A stretch of 64,000 nucleotides of DNA from Escherichia phage vB_EcoS_Uz-1, in sequence record OP312987.1. One strand, given 5' to 3'. The first letter of the stretch is position 1. Each line of letters starts with the position of its first letter. This document shows positions 25,301 through 32,301 of this stretch, piece after piece. A model generated the notes under the pieces. It searched no databases. It worked only from the letters and a program-made list of their open reading frames with translations, and had not been told where the DNA came from. The position numbers and the translations under genes are program-made.

Positions 25301-27085
25301 GCCAAATCTGATACTCGTGCAACCCTGAACCAGTACAAAGGGTATATCCCCAGTGAGACTAAACAGGGTGTTAACCTGATTGTTGCTGAAGATAGTCAGT
25401 TTGCTGATTTGATTGAGAAGTCCTACGTACGTTTAGGTACATATCAAGGTAGTTCTGCTAATCGTGGTCCAGCACGTAGCTACTATTTTGCACCGGTACA
25501 GGCACAGGCTCCATTCTCACAGGGTATCCTACAGAACGTTCGCAATACTGCTGGTGGTGTAGACCTTGGCACAGGCTTTACGATGGGTTCTATGGTAGCT
25601 GGTCGTATCACTGACAAGCCGTCCGTAGACCGAATCACTAAAGCACTGGCTCGCGGCGAGCGTGGGAATGAACCACTGCTGCCTGTATATGATGATAAAG
25701 GTAATGTAGTTGCTTATGAGCAATCTATTGACCCTAATATGCTGAAGCACATTGAGGGTGAAAATCATCTTGCTCGTGCAATCGGTGTATGGCGTGGTCG
25801 TCAGGTAGAGGAAGCTAAGGCTCAGCGTTTCAACGATATGCTGATTGAAAACCTGCATAACATGTATGAGAACGACATTAAGATGTCTGCCTCTAATAAG
25901 TCCCAGTACGTGAATCTCCTTGGTTCTAAACTGGACCCAGTAACTGCCGATGCACTTAAACTTATGAACAGTGAAACACGTCAGAAAGCTGAAAGTCTGT
26001 TTGGTGAAGGTGAACTGTGGGTACGGCGTGACATGCTGAATGATGCATTGGGTTATCGTGCAGCTTCTGTAGGGGATGCCTGGTCTGGTAATTCTCGTTG
26101 GTCCCCGGAAACACTGGATACCTTCAAGAAAGCTATGCTAGGTGTATTCGGTAACCGTGCTTATAAGTATGTAATGGGTGGTGAGAACCTGGTTCAGAAT
26201 TTAGTTAAAGAAGCCAAAACTCTGATTGTAGTTAAGTCAGTAGTTGTACCTGCTGTTAACTTCTTAGCTAACCTTTACCAGATGGTTGGTCGTGGTGTAC
26301 CTGTTAAGAACATTGCCAAGAGCATTCCACAGAAAACTGCTGAGATTAACCAGTACCTGAAATCTCGTCTGCGTCAGGTAGATGCAGAAGCAGAATTACG
26401 CGCAGCTACTAACCCGAACCAGATTCGTAAGCTTAAGGCTGAAATTCAGTCCATTACTGATAGCCATAAGCGTATGAGTATCTGGCCTCTGTTAGAAGCT
26501 GGTGAGTTCTCTTCAATTGCAGATGCTGGTATTGGTCGTGATGACATCCTGATTACTGAAGGTAAACTTCACGAATACATGGATAAGCTGGCTGATAAGT
26601 TACCTAAGTCTGTACGTAATGCTGGACGTTATGCACTTATAACCAAGGATACTGCTCTCTTCCAGGGTATCCAGAAGACGGTTGAGTACTCTGACTTTAT
26701 TGCTAAAGCAATCATCTATGATGACTTAACTCAGCGTAAAGGTAAGACTAGTGAAGAAGCACTTGGACGTGTAACAGAAGAGTTTATTAACTATGACCGT
26801 CTGCCAGGTCGATTCCGTGGGTATATGGAGAGTGTCGGTTTAATGTGGTTCTATAACTTTAAGATTCGTTCTGCAAAAGTTGCAGTATCCATGATTCGTA
26901 ATAACCCGGTACATGCAGCTATGGCTATGTTGGCTCCAACTCCTACCATGTTTGGTAACGTTGGTCTGCCTATTCAGGACAACATCTTCAGTATTGCTGC
27001 ACAAGGTAATCTCGGTTACTCCTGGGGCTTCGGACAAGGGCTACGTGCCCATAACCTGAACCCTTGGCTCAATCTTACTAACTAA
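16355..27085 (+). CDS. virion-encapsidated RNA polymerase (N4 gp50-like giant vRNAP)
   Basis: Single uninterrupted 3576-aa ORF (10.7 kb) at the end of the structural module. This size and placement is the hallmark of N4-like phages. Polymerase motifs were not verified by alignment. Confidence 0.85.
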   Translation: MNRKHAMSTFDRLAGFADSITNAKQVDVSTATSQKQAAQGQSPFQLTPENAYNLQTGRVGNLGIGAFEPGSLQADFTQASPLEILNKYGNEQGLQILNSRANAADAVRQDLSKQRTNAEAFGDTLSGVGLGVANTLGGIAALGTGLVNDNAGASIASGMDWLNEGVHNLQSDALNATRKVVQNQNQISAQKNQKLYKQDIKNGESNLVASLSRIGRDAFDSVANTLDNGMSATDGLSEGVGSLFTGGPLIRGVSALGKVMVGGNKAVKGITLAAELGSRPAQVALSAGRVAAPAIAIGGMEAGGAYQQTASEIMKMPINELASKSPVYQQHIADGLSPDEARRQTASETGITAAGLTAPVAAATGPLVSRFELNPLKVGSLAGAGSNMLRETVEEGIQSGTSQFAQNKAIQGNVDAKRDLLKGVGEQAGLGALYGFGSAGVAQAPGATVKAVGASAGPALRTTLAGASLVGKALAKVASPLTNILVQRGEEVAKRNEQASPVADATVNAAAQEAASQAEQAQATVQEAVDAMDISPEEKAAATQYAADLTQAMKFDPVELEQANPVIREAVSGSTNRVEAIQKMADLVNTAEDPNVQMEAAIQMYDNIMSMDSFINRDPGALANLEQGSPAATIVDQFSGLMANVQNTPKVLRAFRAIHSMIQEQAEAGKLKATEEANQAQANNIAMAADVSPEVLDADSVNMVLKHASEGKITLGNRQRAALQSAAALLQGAREFDAKAEELGLRPQDIVSKQIKTDESRSNEGQYSALQHAKRIRSAYNSGNFDLASAYLSDFMKFAQHMQNKVGALNEHLISGNADKNKSVHYQALSPSREWVRSRTGLGVNPYDTKSVKFAQQVGLEAKTVADIANALATAYPELNVSHVKVTPLDSRLDKPAAQVVKEFRQGGLDATQSQQTNEPVNQVDETPAPVQEATTTVQPKAKPVVENKTVPVKETSSKAEEVSTTESERDAYVKENTISQDILNKSGDRRESPWLFADGTVVGSNGDHISLSDVFGHDGYRDMSLDTGAVRSTFYKGSEQPFVSLQLFDNQKLTAKQFDTVKSFVDANNALIQVGVDTSGRNTNNVEKVEVSLAQLKADYTVGGKPLSEMETVFPVYNNDKTPNQFLKAFTLPEEPKSRTIGSESPLTDVKKALSSAARFEAFTQKENNALTSDVIKRYQDLMDFGETLKTTLSDRLTKFLANKNVGKRFAEGTEANRWVGGKLLNIVEKDGDTFKFNDQLLETAVLAGLQWRLTATQNAAVKDMKDVAAITGVEASLLPEGILADFENAQTLVEATNSLAQKIESYWGLNRNPNAPLGYTKGIPMAMATEILSSLIEMGEVKESMLDVSEIDPDSNKTVGLYTIEKLDDNDAINKFPTAIEEAVLLEPEEKMYFGDDIPSVAQTQLRNPAVKNTPEQKAALKAEQATEFRVHMPMVNFYEALGRDNILELMGAGTLNPELLNVNTAKSLEGKNLSVSMAYDSLFGVISQIREQENGLDTPIHYGYNMTRVGRMQMLGKNNPQSSKLVREAILPTFSTIDLSNENSQAFSDFQLGLAQALGIKVHNMSREAMSEKLTKALEGNLKPAVDMMVEFDKSGHLPADAVDILKTSWVDDKSFVALMALMEYARYLNSDDRANFTTPLYVEADGVTNGPINAMVLMTGGKFTPDWIKNTAKGGLFFGKAGKTMNEHRSQDDSVDLYEASTNGLQQALNELRTTYRNNVPVMSQMNHLQKLMDLFIKDFNLNEDGTLDLKRGIAKNPLTITIYGSGARGIAGKMVSAITDTIYERFSDVLQARAADPSISPAMAMFGKEAASEADAQAMLDTFLTSMEALTGNVPVMRKGELSIQQVEGALTGKLDPQKFTVSGNALKNLQENMLHLFVEPMRTGIRNTVGEGLMHSTENLQKATQIQSLVLQDMFQQAVQAKLAEKEKDPTWKKGDFLTQKELNEIQESLSPLAPMIETGSQTFYIAGSENTDVANQVLATNLDDRMRVPMSIYAPSQAGVAGIPFMTIGTGDGMMMQTLSTMKGAPKNTLKIFDGMNIGINNITDASRKANEAVYTSWQGNPIKNVYDSFSKFMKNVDFSKLSDETKQAIAKSALEYDQREGATDDLLRVGAEQIERNLRNIALGVDIRHKVMNQVQTTVDQMAAVGAPYVNNGKISLEGLTVDQQVAKLNELFDAELNKRRDAVRAAKTEPEKEVPAMEQVGRVLKSGVRLLSNTAISKLAKEMSPEQQAVLKEVQKSLAAKDYKVVYGTPSQLDAYAIEKNITRPAPEDIEAAEAGNAYGWTNFEDKTIYLVTPSLETLVHELVHASTFESVLAHYEGTPNEAVQNIEDLMNQFRALDVKDETPAVREAYADALNTINGHLSNGFIEPAMAKAAALNEYMAWGLTNRELISKQKKTTALKTMVQAVYEAIKRLVFGRKKAPANADDMFSGLLFNSAVVMRGQAPTAAVAKDTTLFHNKAYGDNTRLEELGKTFDKLITDYIGSEPVQQVIRKGKFSDAVVNATKVTRDVQAHGFTMNMQEQRLFTNIVAALAIEAAINPAVPARAQEYYTHVTKNLTVEAFMADPDSTNPADRYYAQQKFDTIMGANNIEFDAQGRSSLLPTFVGLAMVSEEVRRVLADIPVMKADKQSGNTVDAMLTNIGTAAMASLNARVAGDTKATNVQEGMDALAQTIMQTSLNAQSFYDSVATPSGNAIDRANQYLVDSIDVLSTRALEGAREVAANTKNPLVKGAAHAAQLIAAIATEKNGAIVAEGVMAAMNQGKVWQPFHDLVNDLTGRTKSNASVYDLIKAVRAQVQADRQQFREHLPTTIASKFSRKLTNDEWKAMHTGMGKADLAVLRDTMSLAEIRDLLTDQKIVDREVNKLEADLQKQAGRNWPLISRKSKQLAQYMINGTVGNNLLRNATAISRMLGERQAARSTVDVAQLDKLITLYALEAMSKTDREMLSSLAQTEVEGMDFATSYLVGQRKDEMAKAKSDTRATLNQYKGYIPSETKQGVNLIVAEDSQFADLIEKSYVRLGTYQGSSANRGPARSYYFAPVQAQAPFSQGILQNVRNTAGGVDLGTGFTMGSMVAGRITDKPSVDRITKALARGERGNEPLLPVYDDKGNVVAYEQSIDPNMLKHIEGENHLARAIGVWRGRQVEEAKAQRFNDMLIENLHNMYENDIKMSASNKSQYVNLLGSKLDPVTADALKLMNSETRQKAESLFGEGELWVRRDMLNDALGYRAASVGDAWSGNSRWSPETLDTFKKAMLGVFGNRAYKYVMGGENLVQNLVKEAKTLIVVKSVVVPAVNFLANLYQMVGRGVPVKNIAKSIPQKTAEINQYLKSRLRQVDAEAELRAATNPNQIRKLKAEIQSITDSHKRMSIWPLLEAGEFSSIADAGIGRDDILITEGKLHEYMDKLADKLPKSVRNAGRYALITKDTALFQGIQKTVEYSDFIAKAIIYDDLTQRKGKTSEEALGRVTEEFINYDRLPGRFRGYMESVGLMWFYNFKIRSAKVAVSMIRNNPVHAAMAMLAPTPTMFGNVGLPIQDNIFSIAAQGNLGYSWGFGQGLRAHNLNPWLNLTN

Positions 27086-27091
27086 ATAAAA

Positions 27092-27119
27092 AAGCCCCTC
27101 TATTGAGGGGCTTCTATTT
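27092..27119. terminator. bidirectional intrinsic terminator between convergent late and early/middle units
   Basis: AAGCCCCTC-TATT-GAGGGGCTT with A-run on one side and T-run on the other, between the stop at 27085 (+) and the stop at 27120 (-). Confidence 0.55.
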
Positions 27120-27611
27120 TTACTGAGCTAACACCCAATCTTCTGCTAATACATCTGATTGAGATGGAACCCATGGCATAAACTGGTTATCAACGGTTTT
27201 AATACCCAGCCAATCCCGTTTCTCACAAACGGTATTTTCATGTTTATCCATGGCCCAATTTTCACCAGATACTAAGGTGATATACATTCCTTTTCCGTTC
27301 CAACCTTTACGGGTCATTCTAAAGCCTGATTTGAGAATCTCTACTGCATGACCAAAGGTACAACCTTTTTCTACGTCACGGTATGCAGCTTCGAATGTAG
27401 CTTTAGGTGACCAGCTAATATAGCCACGGAATTGGGGATGGTTGGACTTAGAGTCTGGATACTCGACTAAGTAGCCTTCTTCTAGCGGGTCTTCATCTGC
27501 TGGTACATCCCAACCACGAAGTTTGCAGTATGTTTCTTTGCTCATCGGGAAACCATTTACACACTTGGTTCCAATGTAGTTGGTGAAATGGACTTTAATT
27601 TCTTCTGACAT
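27120..27611 (-). CDS. DUF2829-like phage protein
   Basis: C-terminal KGWNGKGMYITL ... DW motif typical of DUF2829-type phage proteins, recalled from memory. Start re-derived at ATG 27611 with GAGG RBS. Confidence 0.45.
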   Translation of the reverse strand: MSEEIKVHFTNYIGTKCVNGFPMSKETYCKLRGWDVPADEDPLEEGYLVEYPDSKSNHPQFRGYISWSPKATFEAAYRDVEKGCTFGHAVEILKSGFRMTRKGWNGKGMYITLVSGENWAMDKHENTVCEKRDWLGIKTVDNQFMPWVPSQSDVLAEDWVLAQ

Positions 27612-27729
27612 AACTACCTCAAATGAGAAAGCCCTCACTAGGAGGGCTTGTTTTGTTTTGGCTTCATGAGCTTACTACTTTGTCGGGTAGTTCAGTACCT
27701 TTCGGTAAAAACTACCATACACCTTTGAA

Positions 27730-28110
27730 TCAAATGGTGCAACCACCACCATCACAGGTATTGTTTTCTGCAAAAGAAGCCAGAGCCTTAGCTGTTTCTT
27801 CTTTCTCATGCATTGCTTGACGTAGCAGGTAACCTTCTAATTCCCAAATCTTATTGAATGCAATTTCGTATGCATACTGACGGCCCTTCTGCTCATCATA
27901 GATGGCCGGGTCAACGCAGGCAGATACACCTTCAACTTTGAAGTCGTTTTCCAGGATGATAACACAATAGGTTACTAGACCCAGGTTAGCCAAATCGTCT
28001 GCCGGTAGTGCAGATGGATCAACGAATGCAGACTTCACTGCATCAGCACCATTAAAATAGTAAACGCTCTTAATCTTAGCTTCGATTGCTTCTTTACTTA
28101 CTGTTGCCAT
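27730..28110 (-). CDS. hypothetical protein
   Basis: Start re-derived at ATG 28110 (MATVSKEAI) with GAGG RBS; followed by a hairpin terminator. Confidence 0.45.
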   Translation of the reverse strand: MATVSKEAIEAKIKSVYYFNGADAVKSAFVDPSALPADDLANLGLVTYCVIILENDFKVEGVSACVDPAIYDEQKGRQYAYEIAFNKIWELEGYLLRQAMHEKEETAKALASFAENNTCDGGGCTI

Positions 28111-28170
28111 TATTAGCCTCATAGAGTGGTTTGAGTTTGTACTTAAACATGACTGCGTTCATTAATACTC

Positions 28171-28198
28171 AAATAAAAAAGTCCCCCAGAGGAGGGAC
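28171..28198 (-). terminator. intrinsic terminator (minus strand) downstream of the tRNA region
   Basis: On the minus strand a GTCCC/GGGAC stem is followed by TTTTTTTATTT. Confidence 0.5.
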
Positions 28199-28423
28199 TT
28201 AGTAGCTTTAACGCAGCTAACGAGGCTAGGCCAGTCAACTACTACCACTAGTGTTTGTACCAGCGATGCGGGTTGATAGCCCGATAGTAGTAAACTGGGT
28301 TTGAGATTTTTAGTGTTCTCATAGCGAAACCGTCAGGGAGAATAACAATAAATAGAGCCACGGACTGTCTTACCAGTGTTGTCTTTAGAATGCTATGCAA
28401 TCAGGACTATGTTCTCTATTAAT

Positions 28424-28500
28424 GGGTGTCCACTACTGGATTTGAACCAGTGACCTTCCGATTATTAGTCGGTTGCTTTCCCAGTCTAAGCTAAGTGGAC
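28424..28500 (-). tRNA. tRNA, canonical cloverleaf; anticodon reads AAU by hand fold (Ile-type), isotype unconfirmed
   Basis: Minus strand GTCCACT-TA-GCTT-AGACTGGGA-AAGC-A-ACCGA-CUAAUAA-UCGGA-AGGUC-ACUGG-UUCAAAU-CCAGU-AGUGGAC-A. Perfect 7-bp acceptor stem, D-arm, T-arm with TTCAAAT loop; anticodon stem has one mismatch. Confidence 0.6.
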
Positions 28501-28945
28501 ATAAATGAGTGAGTCATGCCAGGCTCTAACTGGCTCCTTCTTCGCAATCCTTACATACCCCTACATAATTATTGCGTTAAGCTTTTATTGTTTAAGTTTA
28601 AGTGAAGGCGTTCTTGCTGACTCATAATTGGGTGGGCGTTTGACGAATGACTAGTTCGTTACTACCCGTTTGCCATAAGTACCTGGCGACTTTGGTTTGA
28701 GGTGGGAGTCCGAGTCCTGTACAGCCTTACCGTTCACACATTGGCAGCATATCTAGAATTGCACTTCCGGCAACTGGATTTAACTGTTACACCTCAAATA
28801 TGGTAGGGGCGTCCAGAAGTCTCATCTGGTACTTACGCCGTCGTATGGTTACGACTTACCCCCATAATCTTACTAATTCAGAGTAGCACTGCTCCATGTT
28901 TGGCCTTTGAACTCCGGGATGGATTAGTGCAATGCTACTTTGAAT

Positions 28946-29069
28946 TGGTTACCAGTGAGGGATTCGAACCCCCGGTTGGAGTCTATAGCTTACCGCAGCA
29001 GCTCTCCAATCTAGCGGTGTCACACTTAGTCCAAACTTGAACATATCAAGCTATCTCGTGCAACTGATA
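28946..29069 (-). tRNA. tRNA-like element with encoded CCA; about 124 nt, non-canonical by manual folding
   Basis: T-arm GGGGG-TTCGAAT-CCCTC, then ACTGGTA-A-CCA. The only partner for the 3' acceptor strand (TATCAGT, one G-U) lies about 120 nt upstream. Confidence 0.3.
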
Positions 29070-29071
29070 AT

Positions 29072-29137
29072 TGGTTCCGGCGTCTGGACTCGAACCAGAA
29101 CACTTATGCCGTGCACGACACTAGTACCTACACCGGA
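29072..29137 (-). tRNA. tRNA-like element with encoded CCA; about 66 nt, lacks a foldable D/anticodon region
   Basis: Acceptor TCCGGTG pairs with CGCCGGA (one G-U). T-arm TCTGG-TTCGAGT-CCAGA, discriminator A and CCA, but only 29 nt between acceptor and T-arm. Confidence 0.3.
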
Positions 29138-29203
29138 ATTAATTGCCAGGGATTCCACCTGGTCCATCTGTTTTTATAGTCACTCAGATATCGTCTGGAC
29201 TGT

Positions 29204-29279
29204 AGGCATGGGTGGGAATCGAACCCACAAACCATTCAGCACTGTAGCCTCACGCTCTACCTATTTGAGCTATCACACA
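29204..29279 (-). tRNA. tRNA-like element, 76 nt, with canonical D-arm and T-arm but unpaired acceptor and anticodon stems in my fold
   Basis: D-arm GCTC-AAATAGGTA-GAGC and T-arm GTGGG-TTCGATT-CCCAC at canonical spacing; acceptor and anticodon stems do not pair by eye. Confidence 0.35.
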
Positions 29280-29572
29280 CCATTGATTAACTCCCCGTTT
29301 CTAATACACGGACGAGGACACTCCATGGTCGTTTGATAATCAGGACGACTCACTCCCGACTGACGCTTGGCTTATTAGGCTGCCATCAGAACAACATCAT
29401 CGTTTGCATTTATGTTATTGGTTCGTTTCTAAAAAACCGCATAATCGCTTACGAAAACTATCAAAGAGTACACTAAGCACAGGTAGCTACCCTGCCGTCT
29501 TCTCCACCTACACCGGCTACAGTGTAAACCTCCGCACGTTAGCTTAATGTACTCATTGATAGGATGTCAGTA

Positions 29573-29642
29573 GGTCGGGGGCTGGATTCGAACCAGCGAG
29601 AGAAGTAGCGACCATCTGCACATGCCTACGTGCTACCTCGAC
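29573..29642 (-). tRNA. tRNA-like element with acceptor, D-arm and T-arm but no clear anticodon stem
   Basis: GTCGAGG ... CCCCGAC acceptor (6 of 7 pairs), D-arm GCAC-GTAGGCAT-GTGC, T-arm GCTGG-TTCGAAT-CCAGC; only 20 nt between D-arm and T-arm. Confidence 0.35.
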
Positions 29643-30027
29643 CATTATAATAGGAGGGAGGGGACGAATCCTCCCTTTATATCCTATATTGCATGTAAGA
29701 TCTAACAGTTCGATGTTGTAGGTAGCTAGGCTATCCGACATTTAACCCAGCCATATAGGGCTTATGTGATTAGAATGCTCAACATTGAGCGGTTAGTTTG
29801 ATAAGGGATCTGAAGCCTTATCCTAAAGATACTAACCTTTGGGATATAGCCTAAGATTCAGAAATGGCCCCTATAGGGAGAGGCCATTGATTAACCCGAA
29901 TGTTGCTTTACATTTTCTGTGATAACCAATTCTTAAAATAGTCTACCTGACGGATGGGGGCCACCCCTAGCGTCAGTGCCATACGGCAAAGATTAAGTTA
30001 AGAAAGGTTATGATAGGAGTTCCTATC

Positions 30028-30228
30028 TCAAAGGATTCTAACAGAACCATTTACGATATTAACTACTCTTTTTAATGCTTCTACTTCACCCTCTCTATAC
30101 CAAGCATATGGTACTAAGATTTTGCAGCCTTCTGATTCAATGTGAAATGCTTTCTTTCCTTCAACGGGTTCTCCACCCATGAAAGAACTAACCTTTCCAT
30201 TGAGCCAGTGAATAGTAAATTTGTTCAT
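30028..30228 (-). CDS. small hypothetical protein
   Basis: Track ORF 30028..30327; the N-terminal 33 codons are poly-N/low-complexity, so the internal ATG at 30228 (MNKFTIHWLNGK) is preferred. Weak RBS. Confidence 0.3.
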   Translation of the reverse strand: MNKFTIHWLNGKVSSFMGGEPVEGKKAFHIESEGCKILVPYAWYREGEVEALKRVVNIVNGSVRIL

Positions 30229-30462
30229 ATTAGTCTCAGTTGAACCAATGGACTGGGGAGAGTATTCCAATCCACTGGTTCGGTTATTGTTGTTATTCTG
30301 GCGGCTTGTCACCACCGTGTTTACCACTGCATTTCCACAGGATAATGACAGTGATGATAAAAGCTATGTATGGAGCCGACACGTCTATAATCCTGACCAG
30401 TAGTAGCATCAGGACTATAAACACTACCACACCTAGCAGCAGCTTCTGAGCCACCTACCAGA

Positions 30463-30903
30463 TTAACTACGTTTAAGGCCAGCGAACAGTGAAGGCTTAG
30501 TAGCAGGTTTCTCTGCTGGTTCTTCAGCCTTAACTACTTCCTGCACAATTTCTTCTTGTGCTTCTGGTTCAGCTACAGCTTCTTCGTTAGGCTCCGACGT
30601 AGAACTCCCGTTCGGACCACCAGTAGAGGTCTGGGTTTCTTCTTCCTTTACCTCTTCAACCACTTCTTCCGGTTCCGGTTCTACCGGACGGTGTTTGGCT
30701 TCCTGTGGGTTCTTACGAGAACGACGTGTCTTCTTCTCTACTCCCACGGGTGGAGCATCATGACTTACCTCTTCGTTGATACCAACGGAGGCTGTACCAT
30801 CTGCATTGATGACAATACTAATGTCACCTGCAAGATTGATTTGATCATCGACATAAGCCTGTACAGCAGCTTCTACTTCGGACTGGTTCAAAATGATTTG
30901 CAT
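30463..30903 (-). CDS. hypothetical protein with acidic, proline/glutamate-rich C-terminal half
   Basis: 146-aa ORF with a folded-looking N-terminal 50 aa followed by a low-complexity E/P/V/K-rich tail. Confidence 0.45.
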   Translation of the reverse strand: MQIILNQSEVEAAVQAYVDDQINLAGDISIVINADGTASVGINEEVSHDAPPVGVEKKTRRSRKNPQEAKHRPVEPEPEEVVEEVKEEETQTSTGGPNGSSTSEPNEEAVAEPEAQEEIVQEVVKAEEPAEKPATKPSLFAGLKRS

Positions 30904-30904
30904 G

Positions 30905-31459
30905 TTACGCCTTTAATAATTTAATGAGGTTCTGGAAAGCTGGGAGATTTACACCAGCGTGGATTGCACCGATTGCATCTGCTAAGTGCTCATTCTTATT
31001 CAGAAGTTTGCCTTTCTTATCAGTGAGCCAGTTGGCTTCTGGATAGATGGCATGAGCAGCACGAATCATCGTGTCCTTAGATGCAGTTTTATCACCGACC
31101 AGTGCAAGTTTGTTTTCAATTGGGGATACTTCAAAGATTGGACAACCCAATGCACGAAATGCACCAATTAATCCTACGCATACACCATAGGATTTCATAC
31201 CGTTAGCAGACTGGGAGCCTACTGGTACTTCTACGAATACTGCTTTAGCAGACCGTAACCATTCCTCGCAACCGAGAAACAAATCATGAGCGGCTTGTAT
31301 ATCTTTGGAGTTGGTTCGAACTTGTTTGTTGTGGTCAACTTCAGTTTGAACCAGTTTAAGTTCGACCTGCTCGAAAACGCCGGACTCAATGTCCAGCATC
31401 CCACGAGCTAAACCCCAATTGCGGAGACTAATGTCTGCACCAACAATTGGGATTTTCAT
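30905..31459 (-). CDS. RuvC-like Holliday junction resolvase
   Basis: N-terminal MKIPIVGADISLRNWG and C-terminal EHLADAIGAIHAG resemble the RuvC catalytic and C-terminal motifs; by eye only. Confidence 0.5.
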   Translation of the reverse strand: MKIPIVGADISLRNWGLARGMLDIESGVFEQVELKLVQTEVDHNKQVRTNSKDIQAAHDLFLGCEEWLRSAKAVFVEVPVGSQSANGMKSYGVCVGLIGAFRALGCPIFEVSPIENKLALVGDKTASKDTMIRAAHAIYPEANWLTDKKGKLLNKNEHLADAIGAIHAGVNLPAFQNLIKLLKA

Positions 31460-32262
31460 TAACGCTTACCGAACAGTGATTTACCACCAGCAGGAGCAGT
31501 ACCCGTGCCAGCACCTGGTTTAGGTTTAGGAGGCAAGCCACCTTTGCCATTACCACCAGCAGAACCCTTGGTCTTATCACGGGTTTTGCCTTTGTTTTTC
31601 TCCAGCCATGCTGCATAGAATACAGCCAGTTCTGGGGTCAGTTCTTTTTCAGCCTTCTCTGCTTCCTGAGCCTCGACGACTGTGACCAGCAGTTCCGGAT
31701 GAAATACTTTCTGAATCTCGTTTACTTCACGAGTTTCACCGGAATCAACGTAACCGTTGTCACCCTTAACCTGCTTGGATTCCAGAACTTTTTCCAGAGC
31801 GAAGGTAACAGTCTGACCAACCAGGTCAACTGGAACCATGACAGATTTATTAACTTCTGCTTTGGCATCGAAGTCATAGACTTTAACAATCTTCTCTTCG
31901 AAGTCAGCTTCAGGCAGTTCCGTACCGGTAGCCATCAGCATCATGTCATTGATGACGGTATAACCTGGCAGGAAGTATTCTTTACCGTTCTTCTCGTAAG
32001 TAGGCTTATTACCTTTAGAATTACCAGAAGTGAAGTACACCTGTGCACGGAACTCACCAGCATGCATGCCAGCGGAACCTTTCAGGTTTTCAATGATTAA
32101 CTGCATCCAGTCTGCACCAGAGTCAGCTTTACCAACGTAAGCTACTTTGACCTCTCCGGTGTAGATATCAGTCTCTTTTGCACCGAATCCACCACCACCA
32201 AGGGTGTCTTTTACAGCTTCAACGTTTTTGGTTTTTTCTTTCAAGTTACTGAACAGGGACAT
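31459..32262 (-). CDS. putative single-stranded DNA-binding protein with G/K-rich C-terminal tail
   Basis: 267-aa ORF in the replication/recombination block, with a C-terminal KGSAGGNGKGGLPPKPKPGAGTGTAPAGGK tail. Size and position fit an N4 SSB-like protein; not alignment-verified. Confidence 0.35.
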   Translation of the reverse strand: MSLFSNLKEKTKNVEAVKDTLGGGGFGAKETDIYTGEVKVAYVGKADSGADWMQLIIENLKGSAGMHAGEFRAQVYFTSGNSKGNKPTYEKNGKEYFLPGYTVINDMMLMATGTELPEADFEEKIVKVYDFDAKAEVNKSVMVPVDLVGQTVTFALEKVLESKQVKGDNGYVDSGETREVNEIQKVFHPELLVTVVEAQEAEKAEKELTPELAVFYAAWLEKNKGKTRDKTKGSAGGNGKGGLPPKPKPGAGTGTAPAGGKSLFGKR

Positions 32263-32301
32263 AATATTTTCCTAATAAGTGATTAACAACCAGGCAAACG
32301 C

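Noticed and set aside
16623-26900. Many 60-130 aa ORFs on both strands inside the vRNAP gene (for example 16939..17310 minus, 17999..18397 minus, 21560..21907 minus)
   Set aside because: They lie entirely within a clearly coding 10.7-kb ORF and have low-complexity, Cys/His/Leu-rich compositions typical of out-of-frame or antisense translation.
29037-29741. ORFs 29037..29336 (+) and 29553..29741 (-) in the tRNA region
   Set aside because: They overlap tRNA-like elements, lack RBS context and have implausible compositions; the region is better explained as RNA genes.
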